57,101 nt of DNA from an uncultured Pirellula sp. (GTDB taxonomy: Bacteria; Planctomycetota; Planctomycetia; Pirellulales; PNKZ01), in assembly GCA_964633125.1 (NCBI GenBank), contig CAZWDN010000003.1:1-57101 (forward strand). Direction: 5' to 3'. The translations under genes and the position numbers were made by a program. Positions 17,002-26,361 of this stretch are shown piece after piece (positions within the stretch are counted from its first letter, which is position 1; the number at the start of each line of letters is the position of its first letter). Under the pieces are notes generated by a model. It saw only the letters and a list, made by a program, of their open reading frames with translations. It was not told the DNA's origin and searched no databases.

Positions 17002-17991
17002 ATGAATAAACCTCGCGTACTCATCACGCCGCCGACGCTCGATCGTCACGCCGGTCCGTATTACGACGTCTTGACCGCCGCCGGCTGCGAAGTGATCTAT
17101 CCCGATCTGCAGGCCGATCTGATGCGGCCGGAGGTGCTCGTCGAGCACTTAAAAGGAATCGATGCCGTGCTTTGCAGCGTCGAGCCGTATTCGCGCGACG
17201 TCCTAAATCGCAGCAAACTCCGCTGCGTCGCCCGCGTCGGCGTCGGGTACGACTCGGTCGACGTGGCGGCCGCCACCGACTTCGGCGTGCCGGTTTGCAT
17301 CACGCCGGGCACCAATGAAAACTCCGTGGCCGAACAGGCGTTCGCCTTGATCTTCAGCGTGTTTCGCGAGATCGCCGTGCGCGACGGCGAGATTCGGGCC
17401 GGCGGCTGGCGTCGCAACAGCGTCCGCCGATTGGCCGGCAACACCCTCGGGCTGGTCGGCCTCGGCCGCATCGGCAAGGCGATGGTCCCCCGCGCGCACG
17501 GCCTGGGGCTCAAGGTCGTCGCCTACGATCCCTATGCCGACCAGACGTTTGCCGCGACGCACGACATCCGCCTTTGCACGTTTGAAGAATTGCTCGCCGT
17601 ATCCGACGTCGTGAGCCTGCACATGCCCTGCACCGCCGAAACGACCGACCTCATCAATCGGCGCTCGCTCGGCCTGATGAAGCGCGATGCCGTATTGATC
17701 AACACCTCGCGCGGCGGACTCGTCGATGAAGACGCGCTCTTCGAAGCCCTCGCGGAAGGTCGCATTTTCGGCGCGGGCCTCGACGTGCTCAAGCAAGAAC
17801 CCCCGCCGAAGAACCATCCGTTCTTCGCGTTGAAGAACGTGACGCTTGCGCCGCACATGGGGGGCATCGATCAAACCGCGCTCGACGCCATGGCCAAGCT
17901 CGCGGCCGAGTGTATCGTGAAACTAAGCCAAGGCGAAAACCCCGCGGGGTGCGTCGTCAATTCGCAGATTATGCCCGGTTGGAAGTGGTAG
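17002..17991 (+). CDS. D-isomer-specific 2-hydroxyacid dehydrogenase (phosphoglycerate dehydrogenase family)
   Basis: RVGVGYD, GLVGLGRIG, INTSRGG, GLDV..QEP and PHMGG motifs. Confidence 0.9.
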   Translation: MNKPRVLITPPTLDRHAGPYYDVLTAAGCEVIYPDLQADLMRPEVLVEHLKGIDAVLCSVEPYSRDVLNRSKLRCVARVGVGYDSVDVAAATDFGVPVCITPGTNENSVAEQAFALIFSVFREIAVRDGEIRAGGWRRNSVRRLAGNTLGLVGLGRIGKAMVPRAHGLGLKVVAYDPYADQTFAATHDIRLCTFEELLAVSDVVSLHMPCTAETTDLINRRSLGLMKRDAVLINTSRGGLVDEDALFEALAEGRIFGAGLDVLKQEPPPKNHPFFALKNVTLAPHMGGIDQTALDAMAKLAAECIVKLSQGENPAGCVVNSQIMPGWKW

Positions 17992-18075
17992 ACCGCCGGG
18001 CCGTCGAGTTAGAATGCGAGCCTTCTTCGTAGCCGCGCAGGCACGTTGATTCCCGCCTTCCTCGAGACCCCGCCG

Positions 18076-21000
18076 ATGCAAGTCGTTCGCGTCGCTTGGG
18101 CGACTACGATTCTCGCCGCCCTCGTCACGTTCTCGCTCTCCGACGCGCTCCGTGCCGCGGAACCGGTCGACGATATCGTCTCGGCGCCGCTGTCGCCGGA
18201 AGAATCGCGCCGGGCGATCGTCGTGCGGCCGGGCTTCACGGTCGAACTCGTCGCCCATGAGCCGCTGGTGGTCGATCCCGTGGCCATTGCCTGGGACGCG
18301 CAGGCCCGGCTGTGGGTCGTCGAAATGAACGACTATCCGCTCGGGCTCGACGGCCAAGGCAAGCCCGGCGGCCGCGTGAAGATTCTCACCGACGACGACG
18401 GCGACGGACGTTACGACCGCGCAACGACGTTCTTGGAAGGTCTGAAGTTTCCGACCGCCGTATTTCCCTGGCGCGACGGGGCACTGGTCTGCGCCGTACC
18501 AGAAATCCTTTTTGCGCGCGACACCGACGGCGACGGCCGAGCCGACGAGCGCCGCACGCTCTACACCGGCCTGCATGTCGGCAACCCGCAGCATTTGGCC
18601 AACGGCCTGCGCTGGGGGCTCGACGGCTGGATCCATTGCGCCAACGGCGCGACGAAAACCTCGGTGAAGTCGGTGCTCACGGGCAAGGAAGTCGACGTCG
18701 GCACGCGCGACTTCCGCATCCATCCCGGCACGGGCGATATCGAACCGCTGGCCGGGCGATCGCAATGCCTTCGCGAGAGCGACGATTGGGGCAACTGGTT
18801 CGGCAGTTCCAACAGCAACCCGCTCTACCACTTTCCGCTCGAAGAGCGTTATCTGCGTCGCAATCCGCACGCCGTTTATCCGCAGATTCAACAAGACGTC
18901 TCGGAAACGCCCGGTGCATCGCAGGTGTTTCCGGTGAGTCGCACCGTCGCGCGGTTCAACGATTTGAGCCGAGCCAATCGCTTTACGTCGGCCTGCAGCG
19001 CGACGATCTACCGCGATGAACTTCTGGGACGCGAATTCTACGGCAACTCATTCGTATGCGAACCGGTACACAACTTAATCCATCGCGAAATCCTCACGCC
19101 GGTCGGCGCAACTTTCACCAGCCGCAAGCCTGCCGACGAAGCCCGCACGGAGTTTCTCGCTTCCAGCGACAATTGGTTCCGCCCCTCCATGGTGCGCACC
19201 GGCCCCGACGGCGCTCTGTGGATCACCGACATGTACCGCTTGGTGATCGAGCATCCCGAATGGATTCCGAAAGATTGGCAAGCTAAGCTCGACCTCCGCG
19301 CCGGCAGCGACAAGGGGCGCATCTATCGCGTCTATCCGTCGGCGCTGAAGCCCTGGCCGATCGAAAAGCTTCACGACCTCGGGCCGAAGGAACTCGTCGC
19401 CAAGCTCGCCGGCGGCAACGGCGTCGTGCGCGAACTCGCCATGCAACTCCTCGTCGAGCGTTATACGGGGCACACAACCCGCACGCCGGAAGTCGGGCAG
19501 GTCGCCGATGCTTTGAACGCAGTCTTCCGCGAATCGGCGCGGGCAACGGCCCGGCTCGACGCGCTCTGCACCCTGGCGCTGCTCGACGACGAACTCGACA
19601 CGCTCGTCCTCCGCAAGGCCTTGGCCGACGAACACCCGGCCGTGCGGCGCTGGGCGTTGCGACTCGTCGACGCGGAGTTTCTCAAGCTCGACAAGCAATT
19701 GCTCCCCGCCGTGCTCGCCGCGGCCCGCGATCCGGATGCGGGCGTACGACTCCAAGCGGCCTGCGCGTTGGGCGACATCGACGACGAGCGATGCGCCGAC
19801 GCGTTGGGACGTCTGGCCGTCGTCGACTCCGATCCTTTCCGGACGGCCGCCGTGCAAAGTAGCCTGACGAAGAAGAATATCGCCGTCGCGGCGGCGGCGG
19901 GCCTCGACGAACTCATGCAATCCACCGACAAGCGACCGGCCGTCGCCCCGTTCGTCGACGCCGCGGCGGGCTACCAATCGCCCGAGGCGCTGGCCGTCGT
20001 AATTTCCGCCGCCGTATCGCACCCCGTCGGAGTCAATGTGGAAGGCATCAGTGAACTGTTTGCCGGTCTGACACGGCATCGGCTGACGCCCGAGAAGTTG
20101 CGAGAGTTCAAAAACCCGGCGCTCGACAAGCAACTCGACGGACTAGCGCGCGCGTTTCAAGGGGCGCGCGAGCGGATCGCCGACGAGAATCCTCGCGGCG
20201 ACAACGTCGGGCTTCGTCAGTCGTCGATGCGGCTGCTCGGCTTCGAGCCGGCGCGTCAGGCGGACGACGTGCGACTGCTGGCGAAGTTTCTCACTCCGCA
20301 AACCGCCGATCATCTCCAACAGGAAGCGATTGCCGCTCTCACGAGGTTCTCCACGCCGGAAGCCGCCGAAGCGTTGCTCGGCCGTTGGAGCAGCTTCCCG
20401 CCCGCCCGCAAGGCGCAAGTGCTCGACGCTTGCCTCAGCCGCAAAGATTCGACCAAACAATTGCTTGAAGCCGTCGCCGCGAAGCGCATTCCCGCCGCGG
20501 AGATCGACGTGACCCGTTCGCAACAACTGCTGACGCACGCCGACCCGGGCATTCGCGAACTTGCCGCACGAGCGTTGGCCGCGACCGTCAACAAGGACCG
20601 ACGCCGCGTGATCGACGAATACCAATCGGCGCTGACGCTCGCCGGTGATTCGGCGCGCGGACGGGAAGTGTTTACAAAGTCTTGTGCGACCTGTCACAAG
20701 CTCGGCGAAGTCGGACATGCCGTCGGTCCCGATCTGGCGGCGCTATCCGATCGTCGGCCGGAAACGTTGCTGGTGTCCGTGCTCGATCCCAATCGCGGCG
20801 TCGAATCGAAGTTCTTGGCGTACACCGCCGAAACGTCGGCCGGCCTCACCTTCACCGGCTTGCTCCTCTCCGAAGGAACGAACGACGTAACGCTCGCGCT
20901 AGCCGACGGGCGTAGGCAATCGATTCTCCGCAGCGAACTCGAATCGTTTGCGAGCACGGCCAAGTCGTTCATGCCCGAAGGGCTGGAAAAGGACCTCCCT

Positions 21001-21489
21001 CCGCAAAAGCTGGCGGATGTGCTGGCCTTCGTTGCAGCCACGCGCCCGACGCGTAAGACCTTTGCCGGCAATACGCCGCAGATCGTCAAGCCCGAGGCCT
21101 TGCGGGGCGAGTTTTACCTGCTGCCGGAACACGCCGAAATCTTCGGGCCGTCGCTCGTTTTCGAACCGAAGTTCTCCAACCTCGGCTATTGGCAAAGCGC
21201 CGCCGATCGGGCCGAATGGGAACTGGAAGTCGCGAAGGCCGGCCCCTATGACGTTTGGCTGGAGTATGCGCTGCCGCCAGGCGCCGGAGGAGAATTTGTG
21301 CTGGAGGCGACCGACTCCCGCTTGCGCGGCCGGAGCGCCGCGACCGGTTCCTGGGAGCGCTACAACACCGTCGCACTCGGACCGCTCACGCTCGCTGCGG
21401 GTCGACAACGCTTGGTCGTTCGAGCCGAGGGCGCTCCGAAGGAAGCTCTCTTCGACTTGAAATCAGTGCGGATCAAACCGCGCAATTAA
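18076..21489 (+). CDS. PVC-type heme-binding membrane-bound dehydrogenase-like protein
   Basis: Beta-propeller motifs (DPVAIAWD, GRVKIL.D.DGDG..D, DDWGNWF, GPDGAL), HEAT-like helices, CATCH...VGPDL, and a C-terminal CBM-like beta-sandwich. Confidence 0.85.
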   Translation: MQVVRVAWATTILAALVTFSLSDALRAAEPVDDIVSAPLSPEESRRAIVVRPGFTVELVAHEPLVVDPVAIAWDAQARLWVVEMNDYPLGLDGQGKPGGRVKILTDDDGDGRYDRATTFLEGLKFPTAVFPWRDGALVCAVPEILFARDTDGDGRADERRTLYTGLHVGNPQHLANGLRWGLDGWIHCANGATKTSVKSVLTGKEVDVGTRDFRIHPGTGDIEPLAGRSQCLRESDDWGNWFGSSNSNPLYHFPLEERYLRRNPHAVYPQIQQDVSETPGASQVFPVSRTVARFNDLSRANRFTSACSATIYRDELLGREFYGNSFVCEPVHNLIHREILTPVGATFTSRKPADEARTEFLASSDNWFRPSMVRTGPDGALWITDMYRLVIEHPEWIPKDWQAKLDLRAGSDKGRIYRVYPSALKPWPIEKLHDLGPKELVAKLAGGNGVVRELAMQLLVERYTGHTTRTPEVGQVADALNAVFRESARATARLDALCTLALLDDELDTLVLRKALADEHPAVRRWALRLVDAEFLKLDKQLLPAVLAAARDPDAGVRLQAACALGDIDDERCADALGRLAVVDSDPFRTAAVQSSLTKKNIAVAAAAGLDELMQSTDKRPAVAPFVDAAAGYQSPEALAVVISAAVSHPVGVNVEGISELFAGLTRHRLTPEKLREFKNPALDKQLDGLARAFQGARERIADENPRGDNVGLRQSSMRLLGFEPARQADDVRLLAKFLTPQTADHLQQEAIAALTRFSTPEAAEALLGRWSSFPPARKAQVLDACLSRKDSTKQLLEAVAAKRIPAAEIDVTRSQQLLTHADPGIRELAARALAATVNKDRRRVIDEYQSALTLAGDSARGREVFTKSCATCHKLGEVGHAVGPDLAALSDRRPETLLVSVLDPNRGVESKFLAYTAETSAGLTFTGLLLSEGTNDVTLALADGRRQSILRSELESFASTAKSFMPEGLEKDLPPQKLADVLAFVAATRPTRKTFAGNTPQIVKPEALRGEFYLLPEHAEIFGPSLVFEPKFSNLGYWQSAADRAEWELEVAKAGPYDVWLEYALPPGAGGEFVLEATDSRLRGRSAATGSWERYNTVALGPLTLAAGRQRLVVRAEGAPKEALFDLKSVRIKPRN

Positions 21490-21570
21490 CAATGTGGATT
21501 GGGTTGTGTGCCGCTGCCTGCTTGCCCGGCAGTGCGACCGGAAGTTGGATTTAAACCTTTGAGATATTCC

Positions 21571-24500
21571 ATGATGCTCGTCCGCCGGCGAATCCTGTTC
21601 CTCACCATTTTGGCCGTTGTTTTATGCAACGTCACTTTCGCATTCGCCGCCGACGAAGAGGATGAAGACGAACCGAAGGTCGCGCCGGGCCTCGTCGCTA
21701 CGTTCGCAACACGCGACCTTGCCGCGCCGGTCGCGGCACGCATCGACAACGAAGTGCAATACGTGTGGGGCGCCGCTCGGCCCGATCTGCGTTTGCCCGC
21801 CGGTCCGTTCGTTGCGCGCTGGCAAGGGCTCCTTTTCACGCAAGCAGCGGGCGACTACCGATTCCACATCTATGCCGGCGGAGGGCGCGTCGAACTGAAG
21901 CTGAAGGGGCAACCGCTGCTTGCCGTCGAAGCGGCGGAACCGGCCTGGCATGTCAGCGAGCCGGTCAAGCTCGGCTACGCCCACTCGCCGTTGGAGTTGA
22001 CGTTTCAAAAGACCGGTGCCGACGCCGTACTGAAGCTTGATTGGAGCGGTCCGCAATTCGCCGTCGAACCGATTCCCGATCGGCACCTCTTTCACGACCC
22101 CCAGCAAACGCCAAGTTCGGCGTTCGACGAAGGGCGCTCGCTCGTGCGCATGCTCCGCTGCGCGGCCTGCCACCAAATACCGACGGAGCAAGACCGCCTG
22201 CCGGCCCCGGCGCTGACGCACCTCCGCGGCAACCTGCACCCGGAGTGGATCGTGGACCATTTGACGACCTCCGCCACCCCATACCAGCCCCGACGCGCAA
22301 GCGAGGGGACTTCGGCGGATGACGCGTCGCGAACGCCCCCCTCACCCCCGGCCCCTCTCCCGCAAGGGGCGAGGGGAGATACGGCGCTCACGCGCCGCAT
22401 GCCGCATTTCGCTCTCTCGCAAGTCGACGCCGAGGCCCTCGCCGCCTACCTGCTTGATGCCTCCCAGCCGTCGCCGGAGGTAAAGCTTCCCAAAGTACAG
22501 GCCGACGAACCGAAGCCGGCCGCCGCCGCGCCGGTGCATCTCGATCCGCGCGCCGCGGAGGAAGCCAAACGCGTCAAAGCCAAAGCGAAAGCGCGCACTT
22601 CCGCCAGCGTGCGCGAAGGAGAACTCTTGGCTCGCAGCGTCGGCTGCTTGGCCTGCCATACGATCGGTTCGCTCGGCACGGCGACCCTCTTCACCGGCGG
22701 CGACCTCTCGACCATCGCGCAAAAGCGTCCCGCCGAGTTTTTTCTGCGCTGGCTCGACAATCCGTCGGCGCTCAATGCGCAGCACCGGATGCCGGTCTTC
22801 AAATTGTCAAAGCTGGAACGCGACGATCTGACGGCGTATTTGAGCACGCTAAGAGTCGCCAACGCCCCTGCGACGACACACCAGCCCCGACGCGCAAGCG
22901 AGGGGACTTCGGCGGATGACGCGTCGCGAACGCCCCCCTCACCCCCGGCCCCTCTCCCGCAAGGGGCGAGGGGAGATAAGAAGACGGAACCCAAGAGCGA
23001 CAAGGCGCTCGTCGAGCGCGGGCGCAAACTGTTTGTCTCGCAATCGTGCACGGCCTGCCATCGCGGACCGGTCGAATTGCCGCCGGCTAACGCCGCGCCG
23101 GCCCTGACCGCGTCGCGCATCGCGCAGTTCGGCGACGATCCGGCTTCCTCCTGTTTCGGCGAACCGCGCGCCGAGAAGCCGAGGCCCGGATACCGCCTCG
23201 ATGCGCGACGAAGGCAAGCGATCGTCGAGTACCTCCACATGGCGATGGCGCCCGAGACAAGCGAATCGCTCGCGCTCGACGATCGCTTCGTGCTGCAAGA
23301 GCGTAACTGCACGGCCTGCCATGCCCGCGGCCTGGGGCCAGGGCTCGCCGGCGAAGCGCCGCGCATCACGGCGGCCGAACCGGAACTCTTGGCCGTGCAG
23401 CCGGCGCTGCTGCCGCCGTCGCTCAACGGCGTCGGCGACAAACTCACCGAAGCCGCTCTCGATGACGCCCTCCTCTTAAAGCACAATCCGCTGCGCCCTT
23501 GGCTTCGTGTACGCATGCCGAAGTTCCCGCTGGCCGCGGCAGAACTTGCGTCGCTAAAGGGACATCTCGTCAACCACGATCGCATTCCCGACCTGCCGCC
23601 GCCGCCCGAGGCCGCAACGGCCGGCGACGACGAAACCGCCCAACGTCTCGCGGCCCGCCGTCTGGTGACGGCCGACGGCTTCGGCTGTACGAGTTGCCAT
23701 AAGATCGGCTCGTCGGAACCGGCCGGCATCACGAACATCGCGGCCCACGGCACCGACCTCACGCTCTTGGGCGACCGCATTCGCAAGCCGTGGTTCGACC
23801 GTTGGGTTCGCAATCCCTCGCGTATCATTCCCCGCATGGAGATGCCGGCGATCCAACTACCGGTCAAGGGAGTGATGCACGACGACGTCAACCTGCAACT
23901 GGCGAGCGTTTGGAAAGTGCTCAACGAGCCCGGCTTCACGCCGCCGCTGCCGAACCCCGTGCGGATCGTCCGTTCGCGCAACGTGCCCGGCATTAAGGAA
24001 CGGGCCAACATTCTGACCGACGTGTTCGTAGTCGACGGCAAAACCTACGACAGCGCGATCGTGATCGGCTTGCCGAACCGGCACAACGTGCTGTTCGACT
24101 TGGAAACGAATCACCTCGTCGCGTGGTGGACGGGCGATACGGCGCTGCAACGGACAAAAGGAAAAAGTTGGTACTGGGAAGTCGGCGGAGCGATGGTCCT
24201 TGCCCAGGACAGCGTCATCAAAGACCGATCGATCGCCTCGGAACTGCGCAAGCAAAATCGCGACCCGAACAGCGACGCCGAAGAAGGCCCATTTCCGACG
24301 TCGCAGAATCTTGCGCTGCTGGATCAGTTTGGGCATTCCGAAAATGGAGTCGACCTGAATTATCGCCTGTCGTTCGACGCTTCGTCGGCGAATGCCGAGC
24401 CAAACTTGACGGTACGGCAAAGCTTCGCGCCGATCGCCGGCGGATTCCGACGGCGTTGGGAAGTTCAAGGCAAGACTTCGCTTCCGCAACTCGCCTTGCT

Positions 24501-26187
24501 TGTAGCGGCCGGCAAACTGTTTCAGTTCGGCGACAACGATCGGTCCGTGGTCGCCGCGAGCCTGCCGGGCAAACCTCGCTTGATACTGCGATCGCCGGGA
24601 AATTGGCGCATCGACGCCGATGGCGGCGTTTTCGTCGATCTCGCAACGGCCGAATCGACCGTCATTGAAATCGACTACCTCGTCGACCTCCCCGTCGACA
24701 CGTTTCCCGTGGAAATGCCCGCTGTGCCGAACCCGCCTGCCGTAAAGATCAACGTCGTTCCCGGCTTCGAAGCGGTGCAGCTGCCGCTCGGCATTGCCGA
24801 AATGCCGACGGGCCTCGCTTGGCGCAAAGACGGTTCGCTCGTGCTCACTTCGCTCAAGGGGCGCGTAATCGTAGCGCGCGACACGAACGGCGACGGCCTC
24901 GAGGATCAACTCCAAACCGTCAGCGACGATCTCGCGGCGCCGTACGGGATCGCCGTCGCCGAAGAAGACGGCCGCGAGGTTCTCGACGTCGTCAACAAGT
25001 ATGCCCTACTCCGCCTCTTTGACGACGATGCCGACGGCTACTACGAACGCTCCGTCGTCGCCGCGAGCGGCTGGGGACACACGGAAGACTATCACGATTG
25101 GGCGGTCGGACTGCCGAAGATTCCCGGCGACAAGCTTGGCTATTACGTCGGCCTGCCGTGCCAGCAAGACGATCGCGCGCCGGCCAAGGCGGCGCTGCGC
25201 GGTCAAGGGCTCCGGCTCCTCGCACGTACGCCGACGCTCGATGACCCGCGCCGTTTCACCGTCGAACCGTTCTGTGGCGGCTTGCGCTTCCCGATGGGCC
25301 TGGCCGTGAACAAGGCCGGCGACCTCTTTGCGAGCGACAACCAAGGAAACTACAACCCGTTTAACGAGATCAACCACCTCGTCGACGGCAAGCGCTACGG
25401 CTTCATCAACAAGCTCGAAGCGAAGCCGGGCTTTTCGCCGCCGGTGGAATCGCCGGCCGTCGATCTGCCCCACCCCTGGACTCGCAGCGTGAACGGAATT
25501 TGCTTTCTCGACACTCCGGACAAGGTGCGCGCCGCGCGCAAGGCCGCCGGCGAAAGCGAAGACCTCTTCGGTCCCTTCGAAGGACACATGCTCGGCTGCG
25601 AGTTCAATTACCGCTCGCTGTTTAGGATGGCGCTCGAACAAGTCGACGGGGTCTATCAAGGATCGGCGTTCCCCCTCAACGAGTTCCCCGCAGTAGGCCA
25701 AGCGACCTTTGAAGGCCCGACGGTGTGCGAAGTCGCCCCGGACGGCGACCTCTACATCGGCAATCTCCAAGACAGCGGCTGGGGCGGCGGTCGCAACACA
25801 GGCTCGCTCGTGCGCATGCGACCGAGCGGCGAACTTCCGGCCGGCATGGCCGAGATCCGCGCCGAAACCGACGGCTTCACGATTCTGTTCACGCAACCCG
25901 TCAGCCGCGAAGCGGCGGCCGAGCGCGCCGCCTACACCATCGAAATGTTCCGCCGGATTTCCACGCCGCAGTACGGCGGCAACGACGTCGACCGCCAATC
26001 CGTCAAGGTGTTGCAAGCCCGGGTCGCCGACGACGGCCGGAGCGTGCGTCTCACCGTCGACAAATTGAAGCCCGGCTTCGTCTACGAGTTCCACTTGGCG
26101 AATCTCGCCCCGCGGGCTCCGACGGGGGAAGCGAAATTCTTTCCGGCCGAAGGCTTCTACACGCTGAAACGGCTGATTCTTCGATAA
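21571..26187 (+). CDS. Large penta-heme c-type cytochrome with PA14-like domain and dehydrogenase-like propeller
   Basis: Signal peptide, PA14-like F.ARWQG segment, five CxxCH motifs (CAACH, CLACH, CTACH, CTACH, CTSCH), and a C-terminal propeller (GLRFPMGL, DNQGNY). Confidence 0.8.
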   Translation: MMLVRRRILFLTILAVVLCNVTFAFAADEEDEDEPKVAPGLVATFATRDLAAPVAARIDNEVQYVWGAARPDLRLPAGPFVARWQGLLFTQAAGDYRFHIYAGGGRVELKLKGQPLLAVEAAEPAWHVSEPVKLGYAHSPLELTFQKTGADAVLKLDWSGPQFAVEPIPDRHLFHDPQQTPSSAFDEGRSLVRMLRCAACHQIPTEQDRLPAPALTHLRGNLHPEWIVDHLTTSATPYQPRRASEGTSADDASRTPPSPPAPLPQGARGDTALTRRMPHFALSQVDAEALAAYLLDASQPSPEVKLPKVQADEPKPAAAAPVHLDPRAAEEAKRVKAKAKARTSASVREGELLARSVGCLACHTIGSLGTATLFTGGDLSTIAQKRPAEFFLRWLDNPSALNAQHRMPVFKLSKLERDDLTAYLSTLRVANAPATTHQPRRASEGTSADDASRTPPSPPAPLPQGARGDKKTEPKSDKALVERGRKLFVSQSCTACHRGPVELPPANAAPALTASRIAQFGDDPASSCFGEPRAEKPRPGYRLDARRRQAIVEYLHMAMAPETSESLALDDRFVLQERNCTACHARGLGPGLAGEAPRITAAEPELLAVQPALLPPSLNGVGDKLTEAALDDALLLKHNPLRPWLRVRMPKFPLAAAELASLKGHLVNHDRIPDLPPPPEAATAGDDETAQRLAARRLVTADGFGCTSCHKIGSSEPAGITNIAAHGTDLTLLGDRIRKPWFDRWVRNPSRIIPRMEMPAIQLPVKGVMHDDVNLQLASVWKVLNEPGFTPPLPNPVRIVRSRNVPGIKERANILTDVFVVDGKTYDSAIVIGLPNRHNVLFDLETNHLVAWWTGDTALQRTKGKSWYWEVGGAMVLAQDSVIKDRSIASELRKQNRDPNSDAEEGPFPTSQNLALLDQFGHSENGVDLNYRLSFDASSANAEPNLTVRQSFAPIAGGFRRRWEVQGKTSLPQLALLVAAGKLFQFGDNDRSVVAASLPGKPRLILRSPGNWRIDADGGVFVDLATAESTVIEIDYLVDLPVDTFPVEMPAVPNPPAVKINVVPGFEAVQLPLGIAEMPTGLAWRKDGSLVLTSLKGRVIVARDTNGDGLEDQLQTVSDDLAAPYGIAVAEEDGREVLDVVNKYALLRLFDDDADGYYERSVVAASGWGHTEDYHDWAVGLPKIPGDKLGYYVGLPCQQDDRAPAKAALRGQGLRLLARTPTLDDPRRFTVEPFCGGLRFPMGLAVNKAGDLFASDNQGNYNPFNEINHLVDGKRYGFINKLEAKPGFSPPVESPAVDLPHPWTRSVNGICFLDTPDKVRAARKAAGESEDLFGPFEGHMLGCEFNYRSLFRMALEQVDGVYQGSAFPLNEFPAVGQATFEGPTVCEVAPDGDLYIGNLQDSGWGGGRNTGSLVRMRPSGELPAGMAEIRAETDGFTILFTQPVSREAAAERAAYTIEMFRRISTPQYGGNDVDRQSVKVLQARVADDGRSVRLTVDKLKPGFVYEFHLANLAPRAPTGEAKFFPAEGFYTLKRLILR
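22283..22381 (+). repeat. 99-bp intragenic palindromic element, copy 1
   Basis: Identical to 22880-22978. Read in frame within (Y)QPRRASEGTSADDASRTPPSPPAPLPQGARGD(T). Confidence 0.9.
22880..22978 (+). repeat. 99-bp intragenic palindromic element, copy 2
   Basis: Identical to copy 1 at an offset of 597 bp (199 codons). Confidence 0.9.
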
Positions 26188-26213
26188 ACTCGGCTCATCT
26201 CGGTCTCGGGTAC

Positions 26214-26349
26214 TTTTCAGAAAGGGAGATGTGGGGATGATGGGAGGTAAAGGGGAGGAAAACTATCAAGGGTACCGCCGTACCTAATTGCAGGTTTCTC
26301 TTTCAAATCCCCGACATCTCCGCCGTATCCCCCGATCTCCTTCTCTGAT
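26214..26349 (+). repeat. ORF-less hairpin element related to the GxxExxY cassette arms
   Basis: Ends in atctccttctctgat, an exact 15-nt match to the reverse complement of 15016-15030. The 5' arm ggagatgtggggat pairs with atccccgacatctcc. Confidence 0.7.
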
Positions 26350-26361
26350 TCTCAAGCCGCC

